Position numbers and translations under genes: made by a program
In this document: positions 1 to 13,047 of the stretch, one piece after another
How positions within the stretch are numbered: position 1 is the stretch's first letter
How the letters are laid out: each line of letters starts with the position of its first letter
DNA from: Paragordius varius
Lineage: Eukaryota; Animalia; Nematomorpha
NCBI GenBank assembly: GCA_964247055.1
Contig: OZ176056.1
Location: forward strand, 5,518,001 to 5,582,000
Direction of reading: 5' to 3'
Length of the DNA: 64,000 nt
Notes under the pieces: model-generated
What the model saw: the letters and a program-made list of their open reading frames with translations, nothing else
What the model was told of the DNA's origin: nothing
The model's database searches: none

Positions 1-1
1 A

Positions 2-460
2 AGGGAAACGGTAAACAGTTACACGTATTTGGGCAGCATTGTAAACAATGACAAAAACTCTACTCCAGAAATAAAACGACGAATTGTTATCGCAAAAGAG
101 TCACATTCAAATATAACAAGACTTGGACATCACATAACATTAAACTAAAAACCACCCACATTCTAATATGGGCGCGAAAGGTAGGCGCTGAAGAATTTGA
201 CGGACGACTAATATTTTTTTTAAAAAATGGGTTTAGATGAGCTTCTGCAAATAAAATGAGAACAAATTTCTAATGCCACCATTTTAAATAAAACAAATCC
301 GGAAATGTCACTACTAGGCAGTCTAATATATGACAAATACTAACTTTTTTGGCCACCTTATGTGATCTACCTCAAAATACTGATGCTGGAAAAGTGAGTG
401 GTGCTCGTAAAAGATGAAGACGAAGAACTGGTTGGATGGATAAATACTCCTAACCAGCCA
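2..460 (+). mobile_element. Degenerate RTE-clade LINE 3' remnant
   Basis: Frame 2 from base 2 reads ETVNSYTYLGSIVNNDKNSTPEIKRRIVIAK (post-RT region of RTE). A decayed GKVxGxRxRGR..WxD-like terminal motif lies near 385-440. Confidence 0.7.
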
Positions 461-1739
461 ATCATAAACCAAACGCCAGATTCAATATATAGAAAGTTAT
501 ATTTTCAGCAGTTATTTGGAATCGACCTTAGTAACAACAAAAATATATTGACTAACGTTAATCATTTTTTTAAGTAAGTAAATTAAATTATCAATATTTT
601 CGGAAAATATAATTACCCCAAATAGAAATATATATGACCTATTTTTAATAAATAATTTTGGAAATTGTAAAATGTAAATTCCTTATTTCAAACTTAACCC
701 ATCAGATTTTATATTTAAATAAATATGATTTAACAGCATTTAAATTAACTTATCATCTTTAAATTATTATGAAAATTATTTAGTTTAATTGTTAACCAAA
801 CCTTATATTATTATTATGATTAAATTATCTATACATAAGAACAAAATGTTCACTTTTATAATATTCTAACTATGTAATAATATCGTCCAAACACCAATAT
901 ATATTATTATTTATATTAATTATTATTTATTCTATTTATCATGCTTTTGGAAAACTATTTACAGATATGACGTTTCTAGAATAATTAATTTGGCTTTATT
1001 GCTAATTTATGACCTTCAATCACGAATTCTTAATTCGTATGAAATAATGTGCACTTGTCTAATTCTCTGTATGATTTTATGTTTAACTTAATATCTTTAC
1101 AGGAAATTTTGGATGTCTATATTATATTTTTTCGAGTTTTAAATAAAAACTTAAGTCATGCATATTAATTACACAGTGTCTACACTGTAACAACTATTCC
1201 AGCGTTTTTTTTTTAAATTTTAATTCATGCAATTCATTTTTCATTGTTATAAAATATTTTATGTGAATTTAAGTGACTCTTTACCCTTTGTTTGCGGATT
1301 TTTTGTCAACATTTTTTGATTTTTTTGAATAAACATCAATGTGCTAGCTTAATAAAAAAATTTGACTATTATCGGCAAATGATTTATTGCAGTTCTTACT
1401 CATATTTATCAGAAACCAAAATTTCACGACAAATCATAAGTATTTCATATACGATAAAAATTACGCATTTAATTATTTTACGTTACTCTATCCGAATTAC
1501 ACAATGTCCACAAAAAATTACCTATCGTTATATACATTCTGATAGCAAAATGGGTTTTGGCCCTTACGATTAATATAAAAGGGTGATTTACCTCCATATC
1601 TATGGCAAAATTTCCGCACATTTTTTGAATAATTTTTTTAATGAAGGATAAATGCTGCATTTATAAAGGTTACTCTTTAATTTTATTTATTATTCTAGAT
1701 ATTTATTTTTTTTGTAAAGAGGGTAAGTGGATTACTCTA

Positions 1740-2140
1740 CGTTTCGTTCTCCCGGTCACCTCATATGGATGTGAGAGTTGGACTCTCAGAAAAAGGGACA
1801 AAGAAAGGCTCATGGCTTTTGAAAGGAGCTGCTGGCATAGGATGCTAGGATACACCTGGAAGGATAAAATTAAGAATGGAAATCTAACTTCAGAAATAAA
1901 ACCTAAAACAAACATCCTGGAGATAATTCTAAAAAAAGTTAACATATTTTGGTCACGTCATGCGATGTTTGGGAAGGTAGAAGGGCAAAGGAAACGAGGC
2001 CGACCACCGATGAGGTGGTTGGATACGATAAAAGAAGAGACCAAAATGACATCAAACGAACTCAATATAGCGGTTAAAGATAGAAAAGAATGGAAAGAAA
2101 TAGTTAAAACTATATCCAAAAAGTCGTTTACGACTTAGGA
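1740..2140 (+). mobile_element. 5'-truncated RTE LINE fragment
   Basis: ORF 1641-2138 contains YGCESWTLRK..LMAFERSCWHRMLGYTWKDK and GKVEGQRKRGRPPMRWLDTIKE, the RTE C-terminal signature. Confidence 0.85.
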
Positions 2141-2864
2141 AAAACCAACCAACAAATGCTGCATTCCAAAAAATATTATTATATAATAAAATTTATATAA
2201 TGTACAAAAGTATTCCGCCATCATGCCTCAAAATAGTTTGAAATACGCTACAAAATTTTCCTAAAATCAAATTTTCGTAAAAGTTGTTTTTATAAAAATA
2301 TTTATATATATTTAATGTTTAGTATATATTTAGGATTTAGTATATACTTGAAATTTTAATCGCGCAATCCCGGCATTTTTGCGTTAATTTTAAGAGAACC
2401 CCAAAGAAGTGCAAAAATTTGGGTACGGAGCACTAAAATTAAATATTTTTTAAAACTATTTTTTGCGTTTTATAGGGAGTTTTAATACATTTTAGTGATA
2501 TTTTTGGAAGGAAACATTTAGCAACCAAAAAAATTAAACAAAAAAATGTGCGCAAATTTTTCTATTTTTGGATATGGAGAATATTTTCTTATAACCTATC
2601 AGGACCAAAAAAAGCACCACAATAATTCTGATAAACTATTCTATCATATATATTTTTATCAGATTTTTATACACCCCAATTTACCTTATTTAATATATTG
2701 TGATAATTTTACTACCGACGATTTTAAAGAAATGCCGCATTTATTCATTATATTTAAAAAAGGATTCACGCACATAACTTTCAAAAAACTTCATCATGAT
2801 TACATAAAGCATAAATCAATTCTATGGCAAAAGATATTTACTCGATTTTTTCAAAAAACTATAC

Positions 2865-3041
2865 CCTTAAACAAGTAATGTTTATCCCGTACTTGGTCCA
2901 TATGTGGTAGAATGCATAAACCGGAATAGGAAGTATACTGACGCAGGATATAAGCCAACCAATTCGAATCGCCCAATCAGGATAAATGTAATTCGCATAT
3001 TGGACGGGAACATGGAAAATAATGTTAAATATCAGGGCCCC
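2865..3041 (-). pseudogene. SLC6 copy B, TM12 exon
   Basis: AG|GALIFNIIFHVPVQYANYIYPDWAIRIGWLISCVSILPIPVYAFYHIWTKYGINITCLR|GT, 177 bp as in copy A. Confidence 0.92.
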
Positions 3042-3443
3042 CTTAGGCCAGTAAAAATAAGTAATATCGTAAAAACTAGAATAAAAGATTCTGCGCCTAT
3101 CTGTTTGCCATTCTGAATTTGATTGTATAAAATAATTTAAATTAAAAAAAAAGATTCAAAACAATCTGTTTCCAAACATATTTAAATTCCCCTTATATGG
3201 AAAAAAATCGACAATTTTTTAAATGCCACTAAATTTTTTGTCATATCAAGAACACATAAATATATAGTCATAGGGGAATGTGTAAATGGTAAAAATGCAT
3301 ATATCGTCACAGCACTTAAAACTGTTCAATCTTTAAAGTTTTGGCTAAAATGATTTTAGTTTTTGAGATTGGGTGTTAGTATGGGCGATTTGAATTTACT
3401 AGCGAATCCGCACATTAAATAATATATATATATATATATATAC

Positions 3444-3550
3444 CAACAGCAAAATTGGTATCACATATTTCCACAAGAGGATAAATGGCTTAGCTAATAC
3501 CACTTTCCGATCCAACATGAATTCTATATCAGCCATAAATCTACGGGGGC
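3444..3550 (-). pseudogene. SLC6 copy B, TM11 exon
   Basis: [39 protein letters not shown] bounded, 107 bp. Confidence 0.92.
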
Positions 3551-3711
3551 CTGATGATTATTAGATATATATATATATATATACTTTTTGTAAAAACTTT
3601 GACCGCAGAATTTAAAAAAATAATTTAGAGTTAAGGTATTATAAAAATACCATTGATATTATAAAAATTCAAAATAAACCCCACGAAAATGGTTAATTAT
3701 TATTTGTTAAT

Positions 3712-3940
3712 CAGGGGTATTCAACACAAATGACCTCGCGGGCCGCATTTTTTACTCAAACCCTCATGCCACATTTGAAATATATATATATATATATATA
3801 TATATAGGCCTTCATAAATAATTATTTTGGACTTTTTAACAATTTTCTTTGGTTCTTACCAAATGTATATTTTTGCAAATTTCTATTTATCATTGTCCGC
3901 ACATAAAGCCCGCATGGCTGCATGAGGCTCCATCGCGTGA
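3712..3940. mobile_element. hAT-type MITE remnant
   Basis: Starts CAGGGGTATTCAAC followed by GCGGGCCGC subterminal motifs, like the 59403 element. The right end is decayed. Confidence 0.5.
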
Positions 3941-4187
3941 TTCGGAAGTAAAATATTAATTGGATTGTCTCACTGTATATACACAAAATACACTAATTTA
4001 ATAAAATAGACTTTTAGAAAGTTAATAAATAAACACACAAAAAAACGCAAGTATTTCGCTATAATTAATATATAAAAATACTTTTATACTTAACCGAAAT
4101 ATCCTAAGTGCGTCAAAAAAATTCTTAAGTTATTAATATTATTTTAAATTGCATAAAGTATCCCGAAACTATAGATTTGTTATGAAC

Positions 4188-4287
4188 GATATATCCAGGC
4201 AATAGAAATGGTTTCAAATGAACAAATTATCAGTACTGATAGAATTGCTATGTACCAATCGACTAGTTAATGGAGATATATTCCACC
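4188..4287 (-). pseudogene. SLC6 copy B, TM10 exon with nonsense codon
   Basis: GGIYLH*LVDWYIAILSVLIICSFETISIAWIY. TAA at 4267-4269 corresponds to CAA (Gln) in copy A. 100 bp. Confidence 0.92.
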
Positions 4288-5692
4288 CTAAAAAAAGGTA
4301 ATCATAAAAAATACTAAATTGTTATTTCCAAAATATTTATTTGCTTTAAATTTCGGTTATATGATTAAAAAAACAATATCATTATAAGAGGTAGTTTAAC
4401 ACGTTCAAATAAAAAATAACCTTCTAAAGTGTTGTTTATACAAAAATCTAATTATCAAATGATGAAATATTGCAACGAATTTTTATGCTGACAAAAGGCA
4501 AAAATTATAAATAATGATTAAGTTTAATTAAAGTTTTATATTTCATTATACATTAATATGGACTTTGTTTATTCGAGACTTCCATATCTTTTAGGGTAGG
4601 GTTATATCCCTGAGCTATTTAAAATTCAAATATCCAGAAAAGTTTTTAAGGTACGAAATTGAAAGTTTTTTTAGTTTTATCGGCGCATTACAGGAAAAAT
4701 GTTTTTTAAAAAAATGTAATCTAGAAAAAAACCCATCTCAAATTTGCTTTTTTATATGAATTTTTCAAATCGCTAATGTAACATGCAAATAGCTGTATAT
4801 TATGGTTAAAATGTAAACAATCTATAATAAGCTTTCAGGTTCAAATTTACTACCAACTTCATTTTTAATTTATCAGCTGTTCGTTTCCATCGTGTTTTGG
4901 CGCTGTGCCAATTTTGGACTTTAGAATTAATGTTTGATATCAATACTAAAAAAAATTATCAAAACTGTTTATCTACACTGAGATAACTACCCTTAAGGAA
5001 AAAGGTGTCAAGGTAATGTAATGTTAATTTAAACTAATATTAAATTGGTATTTTTATTTGATAATCAATGTTTCAACTCTAATAACCTGAAGATATCTCT
5101 CTAAATTACGAAACGGACAGTTTTAACATAGATATATCGACTATTTAAACATAAATAAATAATTAAAGCTTTTCAATTAATTTTAAACAGATTTAAATAT
5201 TTATTAACAAATTAAAACATATATATATAACTTTTGCAATTGTTGTTACGCGCGCGCGTTCGACCACTACACAAACGAAAAATTCTAAATTCTTATTTAT
5301 TTTATATTATATCTATTTATCTTCAAAGTTTTCTATCTTTTATCACTTATCCTATACTTTAACTTTTGTTATAACATACCTATTCCCATTTTTGTTTTTG
5401 GACGTAGGACTTACCGTTAGCCTTTTCCTATAATTTGCCTATTAATATTCTCTTAAATATATAGATTGTATTCTTGGATAAGTATTGTAGCATTATTTAT
5501 TTTATTTTTTTACTATGACGCATAAAATAACCCTTGATTTATATTGTTTTATACATAAATTTTGCTTTAAATTTTTTATTGCGAAATATAATTTCCGTTT
5601 TTACCTATAGCCTATTTTTAACATCTATCAATTTGTCATAAGTTCGACACTTCAATTTTATTATTTTTATTTTGTTTGTTTAAAGCTGTCAA

Positions 5693-6559
5693 ATGAATAT
5701 TGATGTGTATAGTAATAACCGGTCAGGCCTGGCCAGCCGCGGTTTTGGTGTTGTGGCCAATAATACAAAGAGAATGCAAAGGAATACGGGATGCCTGTAT
5801 TTTGCTAGTTTAAATGTTGGTTCATTGAAAAGTAAGTTAAATGATATTGTGAGAATAATGAAAGTTAAACATATTGATATTTTGGCATTACAAGAGACTC
5901 GTTACCGCGGAAACGGAGCAAGGACTTTGGAAGAGAATTATCGACTATATTACTCAGGTGAAAGTGGCGGACGAAATGGAGTGGCAATTATCATTAATCC
6001 CAAATTGTCCAATCAGGTTAAAGAAGTAAGACGCTATAACAGCCGAATCATGAATTTAGATATTTTGGTAGGTAACGAGGTCATAACGGTATTTAGTATA
6101 TATGCCCCGCAAATAGGTTTACCGAAACAAGAAAAGGTGCAATTTTACGAGACTCTAGATGAAAAAATAGTCGCTCTCCCTCAGCTCAGAGTCAAGTTTT
6201 TATGTGGGGATTTTAATGGTCATCTTGGTTCAAAAAGGGAATCTTTTGAAATATGGCACGGGGGACATTCTTATGGAGAAAGAAACGAGGAAGGAATTAA
6301 TTTGCTCAGATTTGCACAATCTCACAATTTGGCGATAGCGAACACGTTTTTCGAAAAAAGAGAGAGTCATCTAGTAACTTTTAAGAGCGGCATAAACAAA
6401 TCTCAAATAGATTTTATACTTGTTCCAAGAGACTTATTGAAGCTTGTAATAGATTGTAAGGTCGTGCCAAACTTAGAGGTTAGTTCGCAGCATAATTTAC
6501 TTATTTGTAAATTTTTCGTGAAAAGTCTAAACAAAGTGGTTCTTATTCAAAGAGATTAA
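5693..6559 (+). CDS. RTE APE-type endonuclease domain
   Basis: Motifs LNVGSL, LALQETR, GVAII, IYAPQ, GDFNGH, LAIANTFF, SQIDFIL, SQHNLL. Confidence 0.93.
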   Translation: MNIDVYSNNRSGLASRGFGVVANNTKRMQRNTGCLYFASLNVGSLKSKLNDIVRIMKVKHIDILALQETRYRGNGARTLEENYRLYYSGESGGRNGVAIIINPKLSNQVKEVRRYNSRIMNLDILVGNEVITVFSIYAPQIGLPKQEKVQFYETLDEKIVALPQLRVKFLCGDFNGHLGSKRESFEIWHGGHSYGERNEEGINLLRFAQSHNLAIANTFFEKRESHLVTFKSGINKSQIDFILVPRDLLKLVIDCKVVPNLEVSSQHNLLICKFFVKSLNKVVLIQRD

Positions 6560-8613
6560 AAAGTATTAAGTGGGAGAAATTATCCGAAAAAAGGCAGGCT
6601 TTTATAAAAGAAATACGGTTATCCGAGGATGGTGGGTTAAATGGTGATTGGGATAAAGTAAGTCAGTTAATCAAAAAGGCAGGAACTCTAGTTTGTGGAT
6701 TAAAAGGCGGAAAATCTCAAGTATACAGAGAGGCTTGGCTTTACGATGAAAGAATAATATTGATGTCACGAGAAAAACGTAAGGCTTTTGACAAATGGAG
6801 ACATACAAGGAATGATGATGATAGAGATAAGTATAAAAGTTTAAATAAGGAATTGAAAAAATTAGTCGGCCAGGTTAAGAAAGAAAAAATGAATTTATTT
6901 TATGATGAGTTAAATAGTAAGCAAGGTTTAAACAAAGTGTATAAAGTTGCGCAGCAAAGGAATAAACGCAGGATGGATTTGCCATTTTATGCGACCGCAA
7001 TAAAAGGAAAAGATGGAAGCTTGCTGTGCGAAAATGTAGAAATATTAAAAAGATGGAAAGAGTACTTTGTGAGTTTAGATGAAGGGGTAGGCGAGATATT
7101 TTTGCCAAATACAGTTGAAGCTACTGATAGACCAATAGAAGCAATTACACAAAAGGAAGTAGAATCTAATTTGTTAGAAATGCCAAACAACAAAGCTGTA
7201 GGATCGGACGACATAAATATAAATTGTTGGAAAGTGCTTGGAAATTCTGGATTAAATTTTTTGGAGCGTGTATTTAATAAAGTTGTTTCAACGTATGAAA
7301 TCCCGGTTGAATGGAAGGAAAGTTTAACTGTCCCTTTATTTAAAGGAAGAGGTGATATAAATGAATGTAGTAACTATAGAGGGATAAAACTTATGTCGCA
7401 CACTATGAAATTGTTTGAAAAAATAATTGAAAAGCGAATCAGGAAAATGATATCTATAGAAGGAAATCAATTTGGTTTCATGCCAGGAAAGTCAACAGTA
7501 GATCCTATACATGCGGTTAGGAGGTTGATTGAAAAACACATTGAAAAAAAGAAAGAATTACACGGGGTTTTGATTGATATAGAGAAGGCGTTTGACAGGA
7601 TTCCTAGAGAAACTATTTGGTGGAGTCTCCGTCGTAAAAAGGTGCCAGAAAGTTATATTAAGTTGTTACAAATAATGTACGAATCACACACCTCCAGGAT
7701 TAAAACTCCACAAGGTTTATCAGAGCCCTTTTCAATAAAGCATGGAGTCTACCAAGGCTCATCACTCAGCCCCTTATTGTTTATAATTTGTATGGATGAG
7801 GTAGCCAAGGTTGTTAATGTGAGTTCAGGATGGTACTTAATGTATGCAGATGACATAATCATCTTGTCTGATTCATTAATTGAGTTAAAGCGAACGGTAA
7901 ACAGATGGGTTGTTATGCTGGATCAATATGGTCTGAAAGTAAACAAAGCAAAAACCGAACTTATTACTTTTGGGGGTCCACAACATGAAATGTTAGTTGA
8001 TGATAGTTGGGTTCTGAAGGGTAAAGAAAGTTGCAAATATCTGGGAGCTATGTTAAGTGCAGATGGTTCGTTAACTGACGATATTAATTTAAGAATAAAG
8101 AGCAGCTGGGTAAATTGGAAGAAAATTTCGAGCGTATTATGCGATCGAAATATTGATGTTAGAGTGAAAGGTCAGATTTACAGTTCAGTTGTCCAGCCCT
8201 CAATGATGTATAATTCACAGACATGGGGTGTCAAAAAATCCGAAGAAAGACAATTTAACGTGACTGAAATGAAAATGCTCAGAATGATGTGTGGGGTAAC
8301 TAGAAAGGACAGAATCGAGAATAGATTTATTCGTGGGAGCACAGATATTAAACCAATAGTGGAAAGAATGTCAAAAAATAGGCTACGTTGGTTCGGGCAC
8401 ATTGAAAGGAGAGATTCTAATTATATTGCAAAAATAATGGATGGTTATATAGTTGAGGGAAAACGAGGACGTGGGCGACCTAAAACAAAATGGATAGATA
8501 CAGTAAAAAGAGAGCTAGCAGAATACGAGCTTAATGCAGAGGACGCCATAGATAGAGTTTTATGGCGAGACAGGTTGTATAACATGACCGCTCTCACGAG
8601 TGAAAACATGTAA
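6511..8613 (+). CDS. RTE reverse transcriptase (frame open from 6511; one frameshift separates it from the APE ORF)
   Basis: Motifs NYRGIKLMSHTMKLFEKI, QFGFMPGKST, IDIEKAFD, GVYQGSSLSPLLF, YADD, YLG, RLRWFGH, GRPKTKW. The ORF track gives 6760-8613, and I read the same frame open upstream to 6511. Confidence 0.93.
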   Translation: MFREKSKQSGSYSKRLKSIKWEKLSEKRQAFIKEIRLSEDGGLNGDWDKVSQLIKKAGTLVCGLKGGKSQVYREAWLYDERIILMSREKRKAFDKWRHTRNDDDRDKYKSLNKELKKLVGQVKKEKMNLFYDELNSKQGLNKVYKVAQQRNKRRMDLPFYATAIKGKDGSLLCENVEILKRWKEYFVSLDEGVGEIFLPNTVEATDRPIEAITQKEVESNLLEMPNNKAVGSDDININCWKVLGNSGLNFLERVFNKVVSTYEIPVEWKESLTVPLFKGRGDINECSNYRGIKLMSHTMKLFEKIIEKRIRKMISIEGNQFGFMPGKSTVDPIHAVRRLIEKHIEKKKELHGVLIDIEKAFDRIPRETIWWSLRRKKVPESYIKLLQIMYESHTSRIKTPQGLSEPFSIKHGVYQGSSLSPLLFIICMDEVAKVVNVSSGWYLMYADDIIILSDSLIELKRTVNRWVVMLDQYGLKVNKAKTELITFGGPQHEMLVDDSWVLKGKESCKYLGAMLSADGSLTDDINLRIKSSWVNWKKISSVLCDRNIDVRVKGQIYSSVVQPSMMYNSQTWGVKKSEERQFNVTEMKMLRMMCGVTRKDRIENRFIRGSTDIKPIVERMSKNRLRWFGHIERRDSNYIAKIMDGYIVEGKRGRGRPKTKWIDTVKRELAEYELNAEDAIDRVLWRDRLYNMTALTSENM

Positions 8614-8823
8614 TGTAATAATAATAATAATAATAATTAACAAATTAAAACCATCATTTAACAATTTCACACAATATATTTTCCCATGTATAAAAACTGC
8701 CCATACATATAAAACTAGAATTTAATTTATGCTTTGCATCAAAATATTTATTTTATTAATATTAAAGGCCAAATGTCGATGGAATAAATGGTTTGGTATA
8801 AAATGGATAATAAGTTAAATACA

Positions 8824-11800
8824 TGTTAGTTAGATCCTATCGTAGACAACGCACTTATATAATTGTAAACACTCATATTCTTTGTGATCTAGTTATTTAA
8901 TTATAGCTTCAAGCAAAATTAGTATATAATTCTTGTATTATAATATCACACACACCTGTTTATTTTTGGTATTTAATAAATGTTTTCTTTGTGATATAAT
9001 TTTACTTTTATTATTGACGCGTCAATGAACCTGGCGAAATTTTCTCTAGAAAGCTTTAAAGAAAAGGAAAATTTTGACCGATACGTTTTATACATTTAGC
9101 GAATGCTAGCTGCAAAAAACATGACGGCAAGCGACAACAATTGCAAGTCGTTATTTCTTGCTTACGCAGGAATGGCGGTCACAAAGAAATTTGATCGATT
9201 CCTTTTCTCAAATTCGCATAATAATCCCTCCTGGCCGGATATCAAAGCCGGCGGGAAAATTTACGAATCGAAAAGGACAAATATATTCCAGTCATTTCGT
9301 AAAACTTCGTCGGAAAGAAAATGAAACATTTCCGGAATTTCTTTTACGGATCAAACCGAAGCCGCAAAATAACTTCAAGCTTGACATCGAAAAAATGCGC
9401 GACGCGCTAAGAGTGGAAAAATTAGAACTAGATCTGTTTACTAGATTTCCCGATGCCATGTGGGAAAACGACACCGTAACCCAAAAACAATGGAGACATT
9501 ACCCTTAAATATGAAAAAGCACATCAACAACAATTGATGGCCAGATATAGCAGACTACAGCTCGGAATATAAAAAAGTGTCGATTCTGGGAGTTAGGTCA
9601 TGCACCCGCCAGATGCCCAGCTTGGGGCAAACAATGTTATAATTTTCAAGGCTGGAATCACATCCAACCGTGCTGTAAGAAGAAAAGGATTAGCAATGTT
9701 CAGCATGTCGAATCTGGAATAACCCCCAAGATAACAATAATAATAAATGGCAAGCCAATAGGCATGATTATAGACACAGGTTCAAGCGTATCTATAATTA
9801 ATTGTCAAGCGTGGAAAATATTGGGGAGCCCGAGTTGCCACGAACAGGCCGAGATTTGTATAGCTATGGTGGACAAACAATCAATTTCAATGGTTGTATG
9901 GTCAGGTTACAATGCGATGGTGAAACAAAACCTTTGGCGCGTATGGTTAGAAGCGGCACGAAGGCCCCAACAATTCTTGGTTGGGATTGGCTACAAGAAT
10001 TCCCGAATGCCATAGAACAGTTGATAAATTGTCATAAATGTTTTAATAATTATATAATTGATTAATAAATTTAATTCACCTTTTTGTGAAAGGTTAGAGT
10101 GTTTTACCGGAACCACTCTCAAACTTTTTTTGAAAAACAATATAAAACCAAAATTTTTAAGTTCGCCGCATCCCGATGATACCCTTAAAAGAAAGAGTCG
10201 ACTCTGAAATTACAAGACTTTTAGAAGCAAACATAATCAAACCATCAGACCCTACGACTGAGAAACTAACCTGAGCCACCCCTATTGTTTGTATAACAAA
10301 AGCGAATGGTGCATTAAGGTTATGTGCGGATTATCGTGTTACAATAAATCCACATCTAGTAGATGTCCATAATATACCGACATTTGACGAATTAGTTTCG
10401 AAAATAGGATTAAGAGAATTTATTTTCGGTAATCGATTTGAAAGACGCACATCTGCAATTGCCACAAGAAAGTTTACTAACAATTACCACACCCATAGGA
10501 TATTTTACATATAAAAAGCTTCCCTTTGGCCTAAAAAGCACCCCCTGCATTTTTCAAAGATTAATGGATAAGTTTTTAGGTGACTGCCCAGGAACAGCTA
10601 TATATTTAGACGATATTTTAATAACAAGAAAAAACCGAAACGAACATAAAAGATACTTAGAAAAGGTATTTAAGCGAGATAAATATGGTTTAAAATTAAG
10701 TAAAAGCAAACTAAAACTTTTTAACCGTCTGTTAGCTATTTGAAAACGTTATATCAAAAAACGGCATATCACCAGCCGCCGATACAGTTAAAGCCATACA
10801 AGACTTCCCAAGACCCACTGGTAAAACAACACTCAAGTCCTTCTTAGGCTTAATAAATATTCACACACGATTCCTCCCGAAATCGCATGGAAGTTTGGCT
10901 ATACTTCACGACCTAAGCAGTTATACAAACCATGGATATGGACCAAAAACCACAAGGACTGTTTTAACAGAGCCATTAATATGTCATACTGTTAAATTAA
11001 TACCGTTCAACCCTGAGTTACATATAATAATCGAAACAGACCCCTCGAATAAAGCGTACGGAGCAGTGTCACTATGGACCACACAGGAGGCCTATTGGTT
11101 ACTCATCTAAAAAGTGGTCTAAACCCGAAGAAAATTATTTATTGATAGAAAAGGAATCACAAGCCATACATTTCACTTTTGAAAAATTTAGACCGTTTAT
11201 TACGGGGAAGAAGTTTGAACTTCGTACTGATCACAAATCACTAATAAAGCTGTTTGGAAATACGTAAACTACACCAAATAATTACCAAGCTACTACGTTG
11301 GATATATAAAGCCGAATTAATTACCGTCTAGGGTACATTAAAAGCCACAAAAACATTGCAGATCCATTTTTCCGCATGCCGACAGAACCACACCAACAAG
11401 ACAGAAAAGCCTTCAAACAGCAGAACATGTAAGATTTGTCAATAGTAATCTAAATAAATCGTGACCATATAAGAAGCCAGACCGAAACCGACCCTGTATT
11501 AAAACAGGTAATAAGGGCCCTAAGAACAAACAACTGGTCCAATAAAATATTACATCCATTTTACGATTTATAAATGAAATTTAAAGTACATACGGGTTAT
11601 GGCATGATAGATTAATAATTCCTGAATACCAAAAAAATATCTTACAATTATTAAACGTCGGAAACCCCGGGTCCAAAAATGTACGAACAACCAAAACAAA
11701 GAGTCTTTTGGCACAACATGGAAAGCGACATGAAAAAGTGGGTAGATATGTGTAAAAAGTGTCAAGAAAACCGTCTGATGCGAAAACTAAATCCCACATA

Positions 11801-12843
11801 ATTGGAATACTAATACACCAATATGGGAGAGATTACATCTAGACATAGCATGCCCGAGAGTCAATTATTATTGGATAGTTCTTATTGACAGTTATTCTCG
11901 ATGGGTTAAAGTTAAAATCGAAAACTATCGACCAGAAATATTTAAAACTTTCTAGACGAATGTTTCAGTCGATATGGATCTCTAGGAATGATAGTTACTG
12001 ACAACGCCTCTTAATTTACATCTGAGTTGCTTAAAAATTCATGGAAAGGGGAAACATTAAACATGTAACATCAGTTCCCTATCATCCGAAAACGAACGGA
12101 ATGGTGGAACGAATGAAATATACCCTCAAAACACATTATCGGTCGGCAGAAGAGGGTGACCCACAATCAAATTTTTAGACGATATACAACCGAATTACGA
12201 ATACCATGAAAACGAAAAATAAAAATGAACTAGCGAATGGTAGACGAGAAGGGATTGTAAATAAACGACTCGAATTACTCTTATGTGAAATACGAGATGA
12301 TAACAAAATCATCCGAAAACACCCCGATCAACTGAGACCAAGGGAAGGAAGTGAAAGAATAATGGGAAGGCCAATTTTACGAAGAAACTCCACCATCGCC
12401 TGACCTATATGTTTGATACCCTGCTGCCACGACCGAACCCGACATTACCTCCGCCCCAACCCCCTCGGAACCCATTAATGAGTTGCTATCCCAAAAAACA
12501 CCCACTATAACACCTACTACATCCCAAAAAACACCCACTATAGGACATACCACTGACACACAACAGCGATACCCTGCACGAATCCGACAACCACCAGATA
12601 GATATCAAGAACAGGGAAATAATGATATTAAGTCAGATACTACTGTCGTAGACACAAACTCACTTATATAATTGTAAACACTTATAACTTTTTGTACACC
12701 TAGTTATTGTTAATTGTAGCTTCAAGCAAAATAGTTAGTATATAATTCGTCTGTGATATTAAAATTATATAATATCACAGACACATGTTTGATTTTGGTA
12801 TTTAATGATTGTTTTCTTATAATATAACTCTACTATTAATACA
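8824..12843 (+). mobile_element. Degenerate Gypsy/Ty3 LTR retrotransposon (element 1), LTRs ~8824-9013 and ~12626-12843
   Basis: Two ~200-bp related LTRs with a purine tract before the 3' LTR. Remnants include a gag zinc knuckle (~9580-9680), protease IIDTGSSVS (9764), RT ATPIV..LRLCADYR and YLDD, RNase H and integrase ERLHLD. Many stops and frameshifts. Confidence 0.92.
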
Positions 12844-12854
12844 TATAATCTTAC

Positions 12855-12986
12855 TTTCACCAAAAATGGCAATCCAAGTAAAATGATCATGATAGATGCG
12901 ATTAAGGTGAATATATATCTATGTTTCTGGAAGCGTTTGGGCAACGCTTCATGAATAGCGGTATAAACGACTTCCAATTCAAAAAA
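12855..12986 (-). pseudogene. SLC6 copy B, TM9 exon
   Basis: FFELEVVYTAIHEALPKRFQKHRYIFTLIASIMIILLGLPFLVK|GTAAG, 132 bp. Confidence 0.92.
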
Positions 12987-13047
12987 CTATAATAAAAATA
13001 TAATATCTTAAAAGTAATATATTTTTTGGATTGACACTAAAATATAC

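Larger units (their letters stand above)
5219..8635 (+). mobile_element. Full-length RTE-clade LINE (APE endonuclease + RT) with 16-bp TSD
   Basis: Exact direct repeat ATTAACAAATTAAAAC at 5203-5218 and 8636-8651. It has a ~470-bp 5' UTR, APE and RT coding regions and a (TAA)n tail at 8616-8635. Confidence 0.95.

Noticed and set aside
2546-2878. 110-aa ORF, and similar 60-100 aa AT-rich ORFs across the window, as genes
   Set aside because: Low-complexity F/I/K/L-rich translations, no motifs, often inside repeats or antisense to real exons.
6500-6560. Programmed -1 ribosomal frameshift between RTE APE and RT
   Set aside because: No in-phase X XXY YYZ slippery heptamer was found. RTEs normally have a single ORF, so a 1-nt lesion or sequencing error is simpler.
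8815-8824. TSD for Gypsy element 1
   Set aside because: AATACAT occurs at both ends but overlaps the presumed TG/CA termini, so the TSD cannot be defined.
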